Source of the DNA: Octopus vulgaris
Lineage: Eukaryota
NCBI GenBank assembly: GCA_951406725.2
Contig: OX597814.1
Location: forward strand, 100,936,001 to 101,000,000
Reading direction: 5' to 3'
DNA: 64,000 bases
Shown in pieces: positions 14,096 through 28,291 of the stretch; positions within the stretch are counted from its first letter, which is position 1, and the number at the start of each line of letters is the position of its first letter. The position numbers and the translations under genes were made by a program. A model generated the notes under the pieces. That model did no database searches and had not been told where the DNA came from. It was given only the letters and a program-made list of their open reading frames with translations.

Positions 14096-14960
14096 CTTTA
14101 TTTAAAAGCAGCAGAAATGTAACAAGAGCCGATACTCAAAGTTTCACGCTTGGTTCGTTGGACAGTCTTGTTAAAATGGGACACAAATAACGATATAATC
14201 AAAACTACTTGAAGGATACACCTTTAAAAATGGATTTGTTTCATTGCTCCTTTCAGTTAACGGTCTTGAGCATGCAATGAACAAAGTAAATGAATTCAAT
14301 ATAAATTCATCCTATGGCAAAATCGAAGAAAACTTTAAATTGAAGAGTAGATTCAAAATACATATGGTAAATAATTATATACGAAATATAAGTCAATTAA
14401 TACGTTAAAATTAAAATTAAAATTTTCACGCTGCACTACATAAATATTTTATAACAGTATATATTCATACTAGACCATCTATAATATACATATATAAATC
14501 AAAATACACGGATGCATGCACTTAGTTACATGCATATATAGGTAACACATAAATATACGCATAAATACACATATACATATATTCATGCAACCATACCCGC
14601 GTACAAAGATTTCTTGGTGTATACATATAGAAGTCAGTTATAACTGACAAGAGAGATAGGAAGTATATTTTAAACGTAGGGAGGGGGGAAGAAAAAATAA
14701 GAATAATCCTAAACGTAACAGCTAGCGAAATGATGAATTTATATTGAATTCATTTACTTTGATAATTGAAAGGACCAATGAAACAAATCCATTTTTAAAA
14801 GTTTTGATTATATCGTTATTTCTGTTCCATTTTAGCAAAACTGTCCGACGACGGACAGCTTTTGTTGTATTTCTGCTGCATTTAAATAAAGCATGTTACT
14901 CTACCTCTGGTATTTGAGTACTCTTTTTTCCACCTTGTTTCACATTTATTTGCTTACTCC

Positions 14961-14965
<5 letters not shown>
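14096..14965. mobile_element. Inverted pair of PLE-like pseudo-LTR segments (14096-14310 and 14732-14892)
   Basis: caaagtaaatgaattcaatataaattcatc has its exact reverse complement at ~14732; hammerhead-like motif on the minus strand at ~14128-14166. Confidence 0.7.
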
Positions 14966-15009
<44 letters not shown>

Positions 15010-15011
<2 letters not shown>

Positions 15012-15230
15012 GCGCAGGCGTGTGGTAAGAAGCTTGCTTCCCAGCCAGATAACTCCGGATTCAGTCCCACTGCGTGGCACCTTAGGCAAGTGTCTTCTAC
15101 TATAGCCTCGTAGCGACCATAGCCTTGTGAGCAACGAATAAGTCCTGGGGGCGATTTCTTCGACTAAAGGCGGTGCTCCAGCATGGCCGCAGTCAAATGA
15201 CTGAAACATGCAGAAGATTAGAAGAGTAAA
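15010..15230 (+). mobile_element. SINE family A with central deletion
   Basis: Head joined directly to the gaataagtcctgggg tail. Confidence 0.85.
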
Positions 15231-15280
15231 TATATGCAATATTCTATGTGTATATATGTGTGTACGTGTGTATGGGTGTA

Positions 15281-15460
15281 TGAGGGCGCTATTGGGCACC
15301 ATTATCGCTTGAAATAAGGATAAAAACAACTTATTACCTCAATAACTCACCGTCTTATTTCCTGAAGAGGGAAGCTCCAGGCATAACCAGATCGCCAGTG
15401 ATTTTGCGTTTGCATCAACCCTCGTCACCGGCGCCTCACTGGTGCTGAATAGCGCCCTCG
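15281..15460. mobile_element. Small mariner-like MITE
   Basis: 21-bp TIRs tgagggcgctattgggcacca / tggtgctgaatagcgccctcg (18/21); TA on the left side only. Confidence 0.5.
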
Positions 15461-15584
15461 GTCGCTGTAGTGATGCATATACTTTTTGTCTTTCAGTTAA
15501 AGAATTGCTAATAGTGCGTGTGTGTGTATGTATGTATGAGTGTGTGTGTGTGTATGTGTGTGCTGTCATAAATGTATGGGTGTA

Positions 15585-15627
<43 letters not shown>

Positions 15628-15636
15628 ATATTGTGC

Positions 15637-15669
<33 letters not shown>

Positions 15670-15713
15670 CATATATATGTATGAATGTGAGTACGCATGA
15701 ATATATGTGTGCG

Positions 15714-15744
<31 letters not shown>

Positions 15745-15899
15745 ATGTATATCTTAACACGCTGAAACATACTTTCTGATACAGACATACATAGATCCCT
15801 ACGTTTATAGCGGGAGTAGAAAAGATGCTTAAGAACTTTATGCATACTTATCATGTGTGTTTGCATATTATTTCTAACTGTACATATTACTTGTAAGTT

Positions 15900-15949
<50 letters not shown>

Positions 15950-16260
15950 TATGCTCTCTATACGTATATAGGTAGTGAATCTTAAATATGCACAGTTACA
16001 TTGTTATCTAGACATATACACTTACAGTGAGGGCAAAAATGCATGAGTAGATAAAAATGTTGGAAAAATTTCGACAGACACATTTGTATGTCAACATATG
16101 TATATGTATGCGTGCTCATGTAAGAACATGCGTGTATGTATGTAACTATGTATGTGTTTATACATATGTATGCATGTGTGTGTGTATGTATGTCTATATA
16201 TATACATATATATATGCATATATATATATATACATATATATATACATATATATATACACG

Positions 16261-16305
<45 letters not shown>

Positions 16306-16820
16306 TTGCATGTATACGCACACGCTCAGATATATTGTCATGCGAATATGTATAAAGGCTACGTAACTAGATATATACGTATATATAGGTATTGTTTATA
16401 TGTGTTTATGTATATAGTGTGTGTGCGTGTGTGTGTCTGTGCGTATGTGTATCTGTCATATAATATTAGCTTATATTTTGTGTTGCTGGTTTATATGCAA
16501 TTGCAAAGAAAAAAAAATTGGTAAGAAAAATATTTTTAGACTTTTCATATACACTTTTACAACAACAACAACAACGGGTGTAGGGGCAGCAGCAACAAAG
16601 TTTATGACGATAACAACGGCAACAACAAAAATGGCAAAACCTGTAAAACTGCACCAGAGCACAGCCGTAAGAGCGTCAGTATCATCACCATCCTGCTAAG
16701 GAACATCAACTAGATCATACTTATCTTCTGTTTAATGGTTTCGTTTATTACAAAGCAGAAAATTATGGCGTTTAAACTATCTTTATGAGGATCATTTTGC
16801 TCTTGGAAAATCAGAAAAAG

Positions 16821-16873
<53 letters not shown>

Positions 16874-18029
16874 ATGAGAGGAAATGAGTGTAAAATAAAT
16901 GCAGCGTCAACGTGGTTAAGGAGTTAAGAAATATAAAAGGTTGCGAATAAGAAACTAGAGGGTAGGGGAGGAATTATATAGGGGAAACAATAGTGAAAGA
17001 ATATACGAAAAGAAAAGGGTTGTGAAAAGAGGAAAAGGAATAGATTAAGGTTAAAGAAAAGGGAAGAAAAAAGTGGGTTCTGAAATGAAGCTTGAGAAAA
17101 TAAATTTATGAAAACAACAGAAAAAAGAGATAATACTACCATAATTTGATAGTATTTTTTAAAACGAAAATGTGGCATTAACGGATAAATTGAGCGGTGT
17201 TAATTTTTTTCGCCGTTCTCTTATATTTAAATAAGAATATAATAAAAGAGGTGTGTTTATAGCATTGAGACAATCGGGAACATATACTGTATGTATACAA
17301 TACACATGCGTGTCTTTGTGTGTGTGTATGCATACATACATACATAAATACACACACACACATATGTATATATGAGAGTTTTCTAATATATGATAGAAAA
17401 TGGATACAGAAAGATATACAAGAAGGTTTTGATATATGCCGTGTGTATGAGAAGAGCAGTGGAGATTGTTGAGTGAGGAGATGAATAGACTCAAGGCTTT
17501 CCAGTATTCCTCTATTTCCACTTCACTGTTAGTTTAAATTTCCAATATAGACTTTTCTTTTAATACTTGTAAGGAACCAGTTTTGATATGAAAGAAAATC
17601 AATTATATACTGTTCTATAGAATCCGGTTATTTGAATATTCTATATTGTAGAACTTTAAAATTGTTGTTACAACTTCAAGAGACTATTCTGAATCGGTAA
17701 AAGCTGGTATCCACAAGAGTCAATTTCGTAAAAAATACTGTCTTTGTCTACAAAAGGTAGTGTATCGCTAGACAAAGAAAATTAACACCTAAAATTTTAA
17801 CTAATTAATATCTAAAGTTTTAACTTAAGTTTTAACTAAGAATCGTTTGCATGCCGGGCAAAATGCTTAGCAGCATTTCGTCCGTCTTTTCGTACTAAAG
17901 AAGTAATAAATAATTTTTACTTTTCTAATACAAGCCAAAGTTAAAAATCCACCATTCAAAATAGTTACAGCCTAAAGGGAAGTGATTGAGAAAGACTTGA
18001 ATGTTAACGTAAGATCATAATCATGTAAA

Positions 18030-18245
18030 GTAAAGTAAATATAACAAAACAATCCAGAATCCTTGTCCCGTATTGAATCGATCCAAAAATTTAATCCGTT
18101 TGTGCCAGTCGCGAGGTCAAACACCCCTGAAAGTTTCATTCGAATCCATCCAGCGGTTCTTGAGATATCTTGTCCACGGACGAACAAACAAACAAACACG
18201 ACTGGAAACAATACATCCGCCTTTGTTAAGGCAGAGGTAATAATA
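18030..18245 (+). mobile_element. Non-autonomous Helentron/HINE-like element, 3' part
   Basis: aaagtttcat..aatccatccagcggttcttgagatatc core, (ACAA)n, terminal hairpin tccgcctt..aaggcagagg. Confidence 0.65.
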
Positions 18246-18882
18246 TAAGCGCGGGATTTACAATGAAATCGAATAGATGAAAGTTTAAACAGTATAGAAA
18301 AATTCCATGTCTCCAGAGAAATATCGTCACAAGTAATACCATTTATTCAGGATTATCCTGAATATAGAAATTAAGTGCTTTTCCAGCTGCCACTCTCGGC
18401 CTTACATATGTATTGTTGTGATTAAGTTCATTTACTTGGGCCATGCTTTCCATTTTTACCCACATTTGGAAAAAATTACAGTTGAACAGCACCTCCCTCA
18501 ACACTCTTACATTTTTCAGCAAATGAAACTTGAAAAAGTCGTGAATCCTTGGCCCAGATAGAAAGTGATTGCCTTTTGTTAGTTCACACTAGCCTTCCAT
18601 TATATCTATTTCACCAAAACCACCATACAAAGAAAATCTGCTCACCTTTTCCAGTTCAAAGAAAGCAGCGGAACTCAGTTTTCAAGACTGATTCAGCTGA
18701 CAGCCATTCCTGTGACTTACTGGTGACAACAGCTCTTTAACAAAAATCTACAAGTTACAATTATTTGGATATTCAATGAGTGTGTGAAAGTGGCTTAAGT
18801 GGCCACGAGTTTCATCTGCTGCTAATGCCCTCTGAGCAGTGGTTGGAACAGTAAGAGTGGCTTAATAATATAAAGCCATGTA

Positions 18883-19095
18883 GGCGGCGAGCTGGCAGAA
18901 ACGTTAGCATGCTGGGCGAAATGTTTAGCAGTATTTCATCTGGCTTTACGTTCTGAGTTCAAATTCCTCCGAGGTCGACTTTGACTTTCATCCTTACTGT
19001 GTTGATAAATTAAGTACCAGTTGCGTACTGCAGTCGATCTAATCGACTGGAATCCTCCTCTGAAATTTCGGGCCTTGTGCCTAGAGTAGAAAAGG
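18883..19095 (+). mobile_element. SINE family B, full length with 14-bp TSD
   Basis: atataaagccatgt (18868-18881) and atataaagtcatgt (19096-19109) flank the element. Confidence 0.9.
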
Positions 19096-19774
19096 ATATA
19101 AAGTCATGTTTTGAGATTACATCTCAAAAATCCAGAACATAATGCAAATTATTTTTACCTAGCATCTAAACGATTCCCCAAATCTGCTGTACTTTATTTG
19201 AAACAAGCCAAGAAATTTATTGAGGGGAGGGGGCGTTTACTCAAGAACTTGACAAATATTTCATGATCGACTCTGGAAGGATAAAAAGCAAACTCGATGG
19301 AATCGTAAAGCAGAACAGCGAGCGCCGTAACAAAATTCCGTAAACCATAGTGTCCAATGCGCTATCGATTCTGCCCATACATCACACACCGTAATAATTA
19401 TAATTACAGATATTCCACTTATTATTGTTACTATTATAAATACTAAAATTTAAAGCGAAATGTGCAAAATGTATATTTAAGCAAGATCAGTCGAGAGTTG
19501 ATAAGTTTCTGAACATTGTAAATACATGGATTCGAGAAGCAGGAATTTCAATATTAGTCGAATTTGGAATGCTTTGTATAAAAGAATATATTTTGAAGAA
19601 TGATGAGAATAATAAAAAAAAAAGTGTACTAATAATATGTTATGATTATTCATATTCAATACTTTGGTCACTAAAAATTGCAAATGCAATCATTCTTCCC
19701 ATGGACATAACTGCAGACATCTCTTTATGGTGTTATGTGTGTATCATTCTTTCGTAAAAACGTCATTTAAGTAT

Positions 19775-20106
19775 AAGGATATTGGCACTCCGTCGGTTAT
19801 GACGACGAGGGTTGCAGTTGATACGATCAACGGAACAGCCGACTCTTGACATTAACGTGCAAGTGGATGAGCACTCCACAAACACGTGTACCCTTAATGT
19901 AGTTCTTTAGGGAGATTGAGCGTGACACAGAGTGTGACAAAGCTCGCCCTTTGAAATACAGGTACTACTCATTTTTGACAGCTGAGTGAACTGGAACAAC
20001 CTGAAATAAAGTGGTTTGTTTAAGAACACAACGCATCGCCGGGAATTGAACTCACGACCTTACGATGGTCGACCGTTTATCCTAACCACTCGGCCATGTG
20101 TCTTCG
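19775..20106 (-). mobile_element. tRNA-derived SINE family C (tail variant 1)
   Basis: Minus strand: ATGGCCGAGTGGTTAG A-box, GAGTTCAATTCC B-box, then gtgttctt..acaaac/ttcactcagctg shared with the 31.4 kb and 38.4 kb copies. Confidence 0.85.
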
Positions 20107-20564
20107 CATGCAGATGTTACAAGTATGCTTAATGGTAGCATGTGTCATTAAGAAATAATAAATGAGAAAAAAACGCTCAAAAAAATCTGTGAAATATTGT
20201 TGCTTTAGGATTATAAAAGGTGTAAACCAAAGGCAAGCACTCTTTATTTAACGGTTCAGGCAAGAAATTTTCTAAAATGTTCTACTTTTATCTGCTATTT
20301 AATATTCTAAATATGTTAACATAATCGATCAGATTTATATCATATATTAGCATAATTTCTCTTAAGATTTTAAATTTACAATTTCACGTTTCCTAAGTTT
20401 CCTAAGTTTTCATAATCCGGCTGTGATATTCAATGCTGCTAATCTTTTTAGCAGAGATAGAAGTAATAAATCTATAAGAGATGAAAATGTACATAAAGCA
20501 CAGCTTTTTCTTTGTTTTGTATGTGAATGGCTTTACCTGTGTGTATGCCATTTTGTCTATCTGT

Positions 20565-20689
<125 letters not shown>

Positions 20690-20888
20690 CTCGCCATGAT
20701 AGATCGTTAGCCACTACACACGTTTTTTCTCTCCTTGTTTCTCTCCTTGCTTTTCTGTGTCCCTTTCTGTAGAAGAGCGTAGGCTCGAAACGTAAATGAC
20801 TTTTTCTATTCCTGAATGTTATACTAATACATCTGTTTGTTTTGTACACCACCTGTCTTCGTCTTTTGTATTTTTCGTAAACTTTCCC

Positions 20889-20892
<4 letters not shown>
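20690..20892 (+). mobile_element. PLE pseudo-LTR with minimal hammerhead-like motif (~20762-20800)
   Basis: cttt-CTGTAGA-aGAGC-gtag-GCTC-GAAACGTA; lies between (TA)n tracts. Confidence 0.65.
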
Positions 20893-20962
<70 letters not shown>

Positions 20963-21168
20963 GAGAGAGAGAGAGGGAGACAGACAGACAGACAGATATT
21001 TGTTTCTTCTCTTGTTTGGAGCAACACTTAATCTGAAAGTTGCTAAAATAACTTCAAATTACTGTAAATATCGACATTAATCTCCGCTCTTAATAATAGA
21101 CGAGCACACAAATCTCTCTACATACATGTGCGTGAGCATTTGTTATTCAAATCATATATATATATAAA

Positions 21169-21339
<171 letters not shown>

Positions 21340-22020
21340 ACATATACATATTTTTGTGTATGTGTTTATACATGTGTGTGTGTGTTCTCTAGTGAAAATC
21401 CAAGTGCAAAATGACAAGAGTAAAAATGTATAATACAAATCAAAACAATAATGAAACATCACATTTTCCTCATAGTCGAAACGAATTTTTAAGCAAAGGA
21501 AAACGAAACAAGAAAGGCAACTGTGTTTTTCTCCCGATTCCTTGTAGCATGTTAGCAAATTAATATTGTTTATCTGTTATCAAGGTGTTTCATTTGGTTT
21601 AAGTAATTGCATTTGATCAATTTCTTTTGGGTGCTGTCTAAACTAATAAACCGCCGTTTGTAGCGCAGATGAGAAGGAGCAGAAATTGGCAGAAAGATAA
21701 GAGGAATCCTTTTAGAAGAGTTTAGGGTGGCAGAAACCGTTGATAATACCAAGAAGGGAAAAGGCAGGGGATAATCGCTAGGGGAAATGTGTTGAGAAAG
21801 ATGCTAAAAATCAACACACGTCTAATTTTATGTTTGTTTTTACGCGTGAAGATGCATATATTTGTCTGCAGCGAGTTTTACACGAATACAGAAGCGCTTA
21901 TACAGAGTTACACCGTTACACCGTTACACCTATATAGGTAGTGTGTGCGTGTGTGAGTAAGTGCTTTGGCACATATGTGAATATGTATTATATATATATA
22001 TGTATTATATATATATGTAT

Positions 22021-22064
<44 letters not shown>

Positions 22065-22119
22065 AATATATTTACATACATATATATATATGTATGTATA
22101 TATGTATATATATATATTC

Positions 22120-22151
<32 letters not shown>

Positions 22152-22783
22152 ATATGTATATATATATATATGAAAACATGTTTAGAAATGTTGGTGCACA
22201 ATTGTGAAAATCTATGTCAGTATATATGCAAATGTTTCCATGTTAAATTTGGCGTTTATGTCGGTATATTATAATGGCTTTGCCTATCCATAAACATATA
22301 TACACACCCACGTATACATATATATATATAACTTAACGAATATACAGGTAGCTTGCTCGGCGTTTTATTTCATGCGCGTATGGCAGAGTGGACACTGTTT
22401 TTCATAAGCTTTGCGAGATTTCATATACGTATGTCTTCACGCAAAGAATATTCTCTCGGTGTCTTATTTTGTGTTGTTTTACAGGTATTGGGTTTGCTGT
22501 CAGGTTATGTTCACAAAAGCTCCGCCTCTGTTTATTGGAGCCTGTTCGTGTGTGTATTTGTGAATATGCGTGTGCGTGGGTTGTATGTGAGATTGTGAAT
22601 GAGTAGTTAAGTGCTTGTATATATTGAGTTTTTAAAATATACATTGTGAACGTATGTTTATCTGTCGGCAGAATGTGTAGCCGAATCGCTTATAAGAGCC
22701 GTAAAATGTTAAAAATACATTTTACATTATCTGGTAACTTAAAAATTGCAAAAGTAGAGTTGATATGTGTGTGTATATGTATG

Positions 22784-22855
<72 letters not shown>

Positions 22856-22977
22856 CATGTACATATATATATACACGTACATATATATGATATATATACA
22901 TATACGTATATATGTATATATAATATATATATATATGTATATATAAATATGTATATCCATACAAGTGTATATATTTA

Positions 22978-23028
<51 letters not shown>

Positions 23029-23429
23029 AATATATATATCTTTATTTATGTCTATATATATATATATATATATATAAACACAAACGACTTGTGTATAAGA
23101 GAATATGTGTGTATGTTTATATGTATGTGTGAGCATGTGAGAAATATCGGTGCATGTCTGTATTTGTGTGAATGCTCTTCACAAGAGTGATGTATGCGTT
23201 CGTGTGCACATTTCCGTGCATGCCTGTGAATCATTGCAAGAATGTGCAAGAAATGTGTTAAACAATGTTAGGATAATGTTGGCAAGAGATCAAAGAAAGA
23301 AGAAACCAACCCCACACAAAAAAAATGAAGTAGAAAAAATATTCAAGCAAAAATACAATAATATTAAAAAGGATGATGATAATAACTAGGATGATGATGA
23401 TAGCTGTAATAATAGTACAACTAGTATTC

Positions 23430-23431
23430 GA

Positions 23432-23463
<32 letters not shown>

Positions 23464-23467
23464 CAGT

Positions 23468-23544
<77 letters not shown>

Positions 23545-23717
23545 AAGCTGTTGGTTTTGGCGTCGTTGTAGTAGTAGTAGTAGTAGTAGTAGTAGCAGCA
23601 GCATTAATAGTAGTATTAGTTGTAGCAGCACTAGTTATATTAGTAGCAGCATCAGCATTGGTAGTAGCAGTAGTATTAGTAGCAGCAGTAGCAGTAGTAG
23701 TACAGTAGTAGTAGCAC

Positions 23718-23753
<36 letters not shown>

Positions 23754-23775
23754 GAGGAGGAGGAGGAGGAGGAGA
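23430..23775. repeat. Compound (AGC)n/(AGT)n/(AGG)n microsatellite
   Basis: Direct inspection; the poly-Ala/Val ORF is spurious. Confidence 0.95.
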
Positions 23776-24084
23776 ACAATTTGCAGTTATAATGTTATTG
23801 ATAACTGATAATTTAGAAGTTATAATGTTATAATAATTGATAATTTATGATATAAAAATGATGATGATGATGACCTTGACGACGGCGGTAATGACGATGT
23901 AAATGGTTACCAAAGAATAGTTGTACATTTATTAGAAGCTGAAGTAAGCCAAACGCATCTGGTTATCCTGGAATGCCAAAAAACTGTTACAAGGCGGTAG
24001 TTCTTATGAGTCACATCACAAACCCAGTTTGTCAAAAAAAAAGAGAAAGCAAGAAAAGCAAAAAAAAAATATGATATTGACAAT

Positions 24085-24204
<120 letters not shown>

Positions 24205-24569
24205 GGAAGGGAATATCCTAAGGGGCGGAGACAACAGAGAAAAATATTAAAATAAAGCATAATAAACATCGGGGAAAAAGGAAAACAAAATATTTAGAAC
24301 GATGTTGATGTCGATGAGATGAAAAGAATAAATATGTGCCACCAGATGAAAAACAAGGAGAAAGAACAAGAAAATAACAATTAAAAAAAAAATCAGAAAA
24401 AAGAAAGTCAAGCAAAGATCTCCAGAAATATGGAAACAAAATGATGTAGAAAAGTATTGAAAGTGCATTTGTGTGTACTACGTGTGACTGTGTGTGGGTG
24501 TGTGTGACGGGGAGGGATGCATGTTCGTATGAGTGTGTGCGCGTGTATGTATGTATGTGTGTGTGCGCG

Positions 24570-24644
<75 letters not shown>

Positions 24645-24887
24645 ATATATATATGTGTGTGTGTATATATATATATATATGCGTATATGTTTTGGAGTAC
24701 ACATGTCTTGCGTACTCTACTTATGTATACGTATGTGCGTATATGTATGTGTGTGAGTGTATTTGTTATTTAAATATAATCGTATGCAAGTATGCTCTAT
24801 TTGTAAACTTGAAACACGTATCGTATATTCATACATACGCGCGTGTACGCATACAGATACACCTTACATGTGTACATTTACACACAC

Positions 24888-24934
<47 letters not shown>

Positions 24935-25949
24935 CTCAACACATACATACCTAAAATACGTAAAATTACGTCCCTTACCTTTTCGTGCCATAGATTGTCT
25001 AAATAATGCTGAACACATAACCAGCGACTTGTAAATACATACAGTGATTGTTCACATAATACCAGATTATATTGTTGACTGTGTGCATGGATAACAACAA
25101 TAACAACACAAAAATATGGCAGCTACACAACACGTGGACTTCCTTCAAAGTTTGATACTTTAAGTGATAGCATTTGAATACTCCTGGAGGGAATAGAAAC
25201 GCTTTGTAATAAAATATTAATATGTTATGTACAGGCCAATCTCTGCAGTTTTTGCTTTGAGTGTGCTAGAAGTTATAAATGGTGACATTAGAAATATTCT
25301 GCTTGCCTGGAATGTGGGTTTTGAAATATGGCTGTATTAATGGTGGCGGATCCACGTCGTTTGTCGATGAGGATGCGGTTGTTTGATTGACTGAATTACC
25401 TGCTCCTGCAATGCCTAAAGTAGATGAGAATTCCGTCGGGCAGAACCTGCGTTACACATTATCTGTGAAGAGTTTAGTTTCTGAATTAGAAATACAACTC
25501 GTCAGACGGGCTTCTGCGCAATTTCCATCTACTCAATTACAATTACAACTAATAAGTTGACTCTTGACAAAAATTTGCCCTTTTTGGATCATACATCTAA
25601 ATTTGTCCAATTTTTGTCAATATATTAAACTTCTTTTAATAATTATTATTATTATTTATGACTCGATATCCATTTCATTTAGTTGAATTTAGACCCTGAC
25701 CATTAACAGGATCCATAAGAGCTTTATTTTTAACAACAGGACTTTCCTCATGATTTCACAATTATGAAAATTCCCTTATTTTTTTGGTTTACTACTTATA
25801 ATTTTAACCATAGTTCAATGATGACGTGATGTCTAACACTTGCTCAAGATATCACGCGTTGGAACGGAACCAAAGAGATCGTGGTTGCGAAGCATACAGC
25901 TTAAACATTTGACCAAACCATTAAAAAGATATCAAAATAAATTATATAC

Positions 25950-26154
25950 ACGACCAATTTTCCGACATATAAGTCGATGTGTAAATAATGTAATCATGTA
26001 GTGTAAGCATACAATCGTCATCACTCTCTTTTCAAATCTTGCTGTATTTCACATGGTGTTTTTTACTTGCTCTATTTCACATGTATCTCACAAAGTTGTT
26101 TTGGTGTAAAGTCGACTTATCTTCGTTGTAAATTTTAGTTTGGAAAATTCGACT

Positions 26155-26160
<6 letters not shown>
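25950..26160. mobile_element. pogo/Tc2-like DNA transposon end fragment
   Basis: ttttccgacatataagtcga and repeated tcgacttat subterminal motifs. Confidence 0.35.
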
Positions 26161-26792
<632 letters not shown>

Positions 26793-28273
26793 TTGCCATC
26801 CTATCTGCGACTGCTCGCGCTGCAGAAATCGAAGACCAACGTAGAACTCGTCGAACCGCAAATGCTGCTTCAACGGCAGCTGCTCCAGCTTCAAAGACAG
26901 AAGACCAGCGAAGAATACGTCAAATCGTCAATGCTATTGTGACTGCGACTGCTCGCGCTGCAGAAACCGAAGACCAACGCAGAACTCGCCGGACTGCGAA
27001 TGCTTCTTCAATGGCATCTGCTCGAGCTTCAGAGACAGAGGACCAGCGAAGAAGCCACTAATCTGCTAAGGCCGCGTCTACAGCTGCTGCAAGAGCTTCT
27101 GAAACAAGTCCCCAGTGGAAACGTCGCCGAGCCACTAATGCCGCATGCACTTCAGCCGCACGTTCCGAGGAGAATGAGGAGCAGCGCCATAAACGCCAGA
27201 CAACGGATGCTGCGAACACTGCTGCTGCTCGATCATCTCAAACGTTACAAGACCGTGATAATCGCCTTGAGAGTGATGCCAAACAGCAAGCCCTTAGGAA
27301 AGGTGTTTCTAAATAATGGGCTTTAAAAGCATTCCAGTACAATTCGGCCTTTGATTATACCGACCACCCGGACATCTCACTTGGAATTATTTCAAAGACG
27401 TGCTCATTTTGCTTTGCCAAAAAGTGGTCGGGGGAGCCATCCGGTTTGTGCTGCTCTGGTGGAAAGGTCCGATTGCATCAACTCGACGACCCACCAGAGC
27501 CGCTAAAGCTTCTCTTCACAGGTGATACGGTTGAATCGAAGCACTTTCTTAGTTGCATCCGGAAGTACAATTGCGTCTTTCAGATGACATCTTTCGGAGA
27601 AAATGTTGTGCGAGAAGGGGGATTCATGCCCACGTTTAAGGTTCAAGGCCAGGTATACCATAGAATTGGACCGCTTGAACCTGCCGCCAACCAAGACCCA
27701 CAATTTCTCCAACTTTACTTCGCTGGTAATCCCAACGAACAAACAGCAATGCGGCACTCAATTTCATCTGACAGAGACCTCCACATCATACGAAACCTTC
27801 AAGCAATTCTTCACACGTTCAATAGCTACGTTATAAGCTTCAAGTATGTATTGGAGGCAGCTCCTTCATCAAATTTCAATGTTGTCATAGACGCCTCAAA
27901 ACCTCCTTCGGGAGAACACTCTGGACGCATCAACTTACCTACATGCAACGAAGTAGCTTTCCTTCTTCGCGGTAATCAATATAACAACCGAGACATTGTC
28001 CTTAAACGCAGAGACAACCCCCTTCACCGTATATGCGAGACGCACAGATCTTATGACGCCTTGCTATACCCACTGCTCTTTGTGAGAGGAGAGGACGGAT
28101 ACCGGTTTGGAATTCATCAACGCAAATCAGACAATTCGGATTGCGTAACCAACAAAGCGGTTTCTTGCATGAAATTTTACTCTTATCACTTCATGGTTCT
28201 TGACAACTCTTTCAACCATATGCACCGCTCAAGAGAAGGTTTTCATCAGTTTGCCGTGGATGTGTGCGCCAAA
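26793..28273 (+). pseudogene. Helitron RepHel N-terminal fragment (23-aa STPR-like repeats, Cys cluster, start of Rep region)
   Basis: One frame with two stops: (ETEDQRR..)n, CSFCFAKKWSGEPSGLCCSGGKV, YNCVFQMTSFG, FKVQGQVYHRIG, FLQLYF, HRSYDALLYPLLF, HQFAVD. Confidence 0.92.
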
Positions 28274-28291
28274 TGGTGATCTCTGTCTCAT

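Noticed and set aside
15361-15400. CTGAAGA as a hammerhead core inside the MITE
   Set aside because: No downstream stem II-GAAA arrangement.
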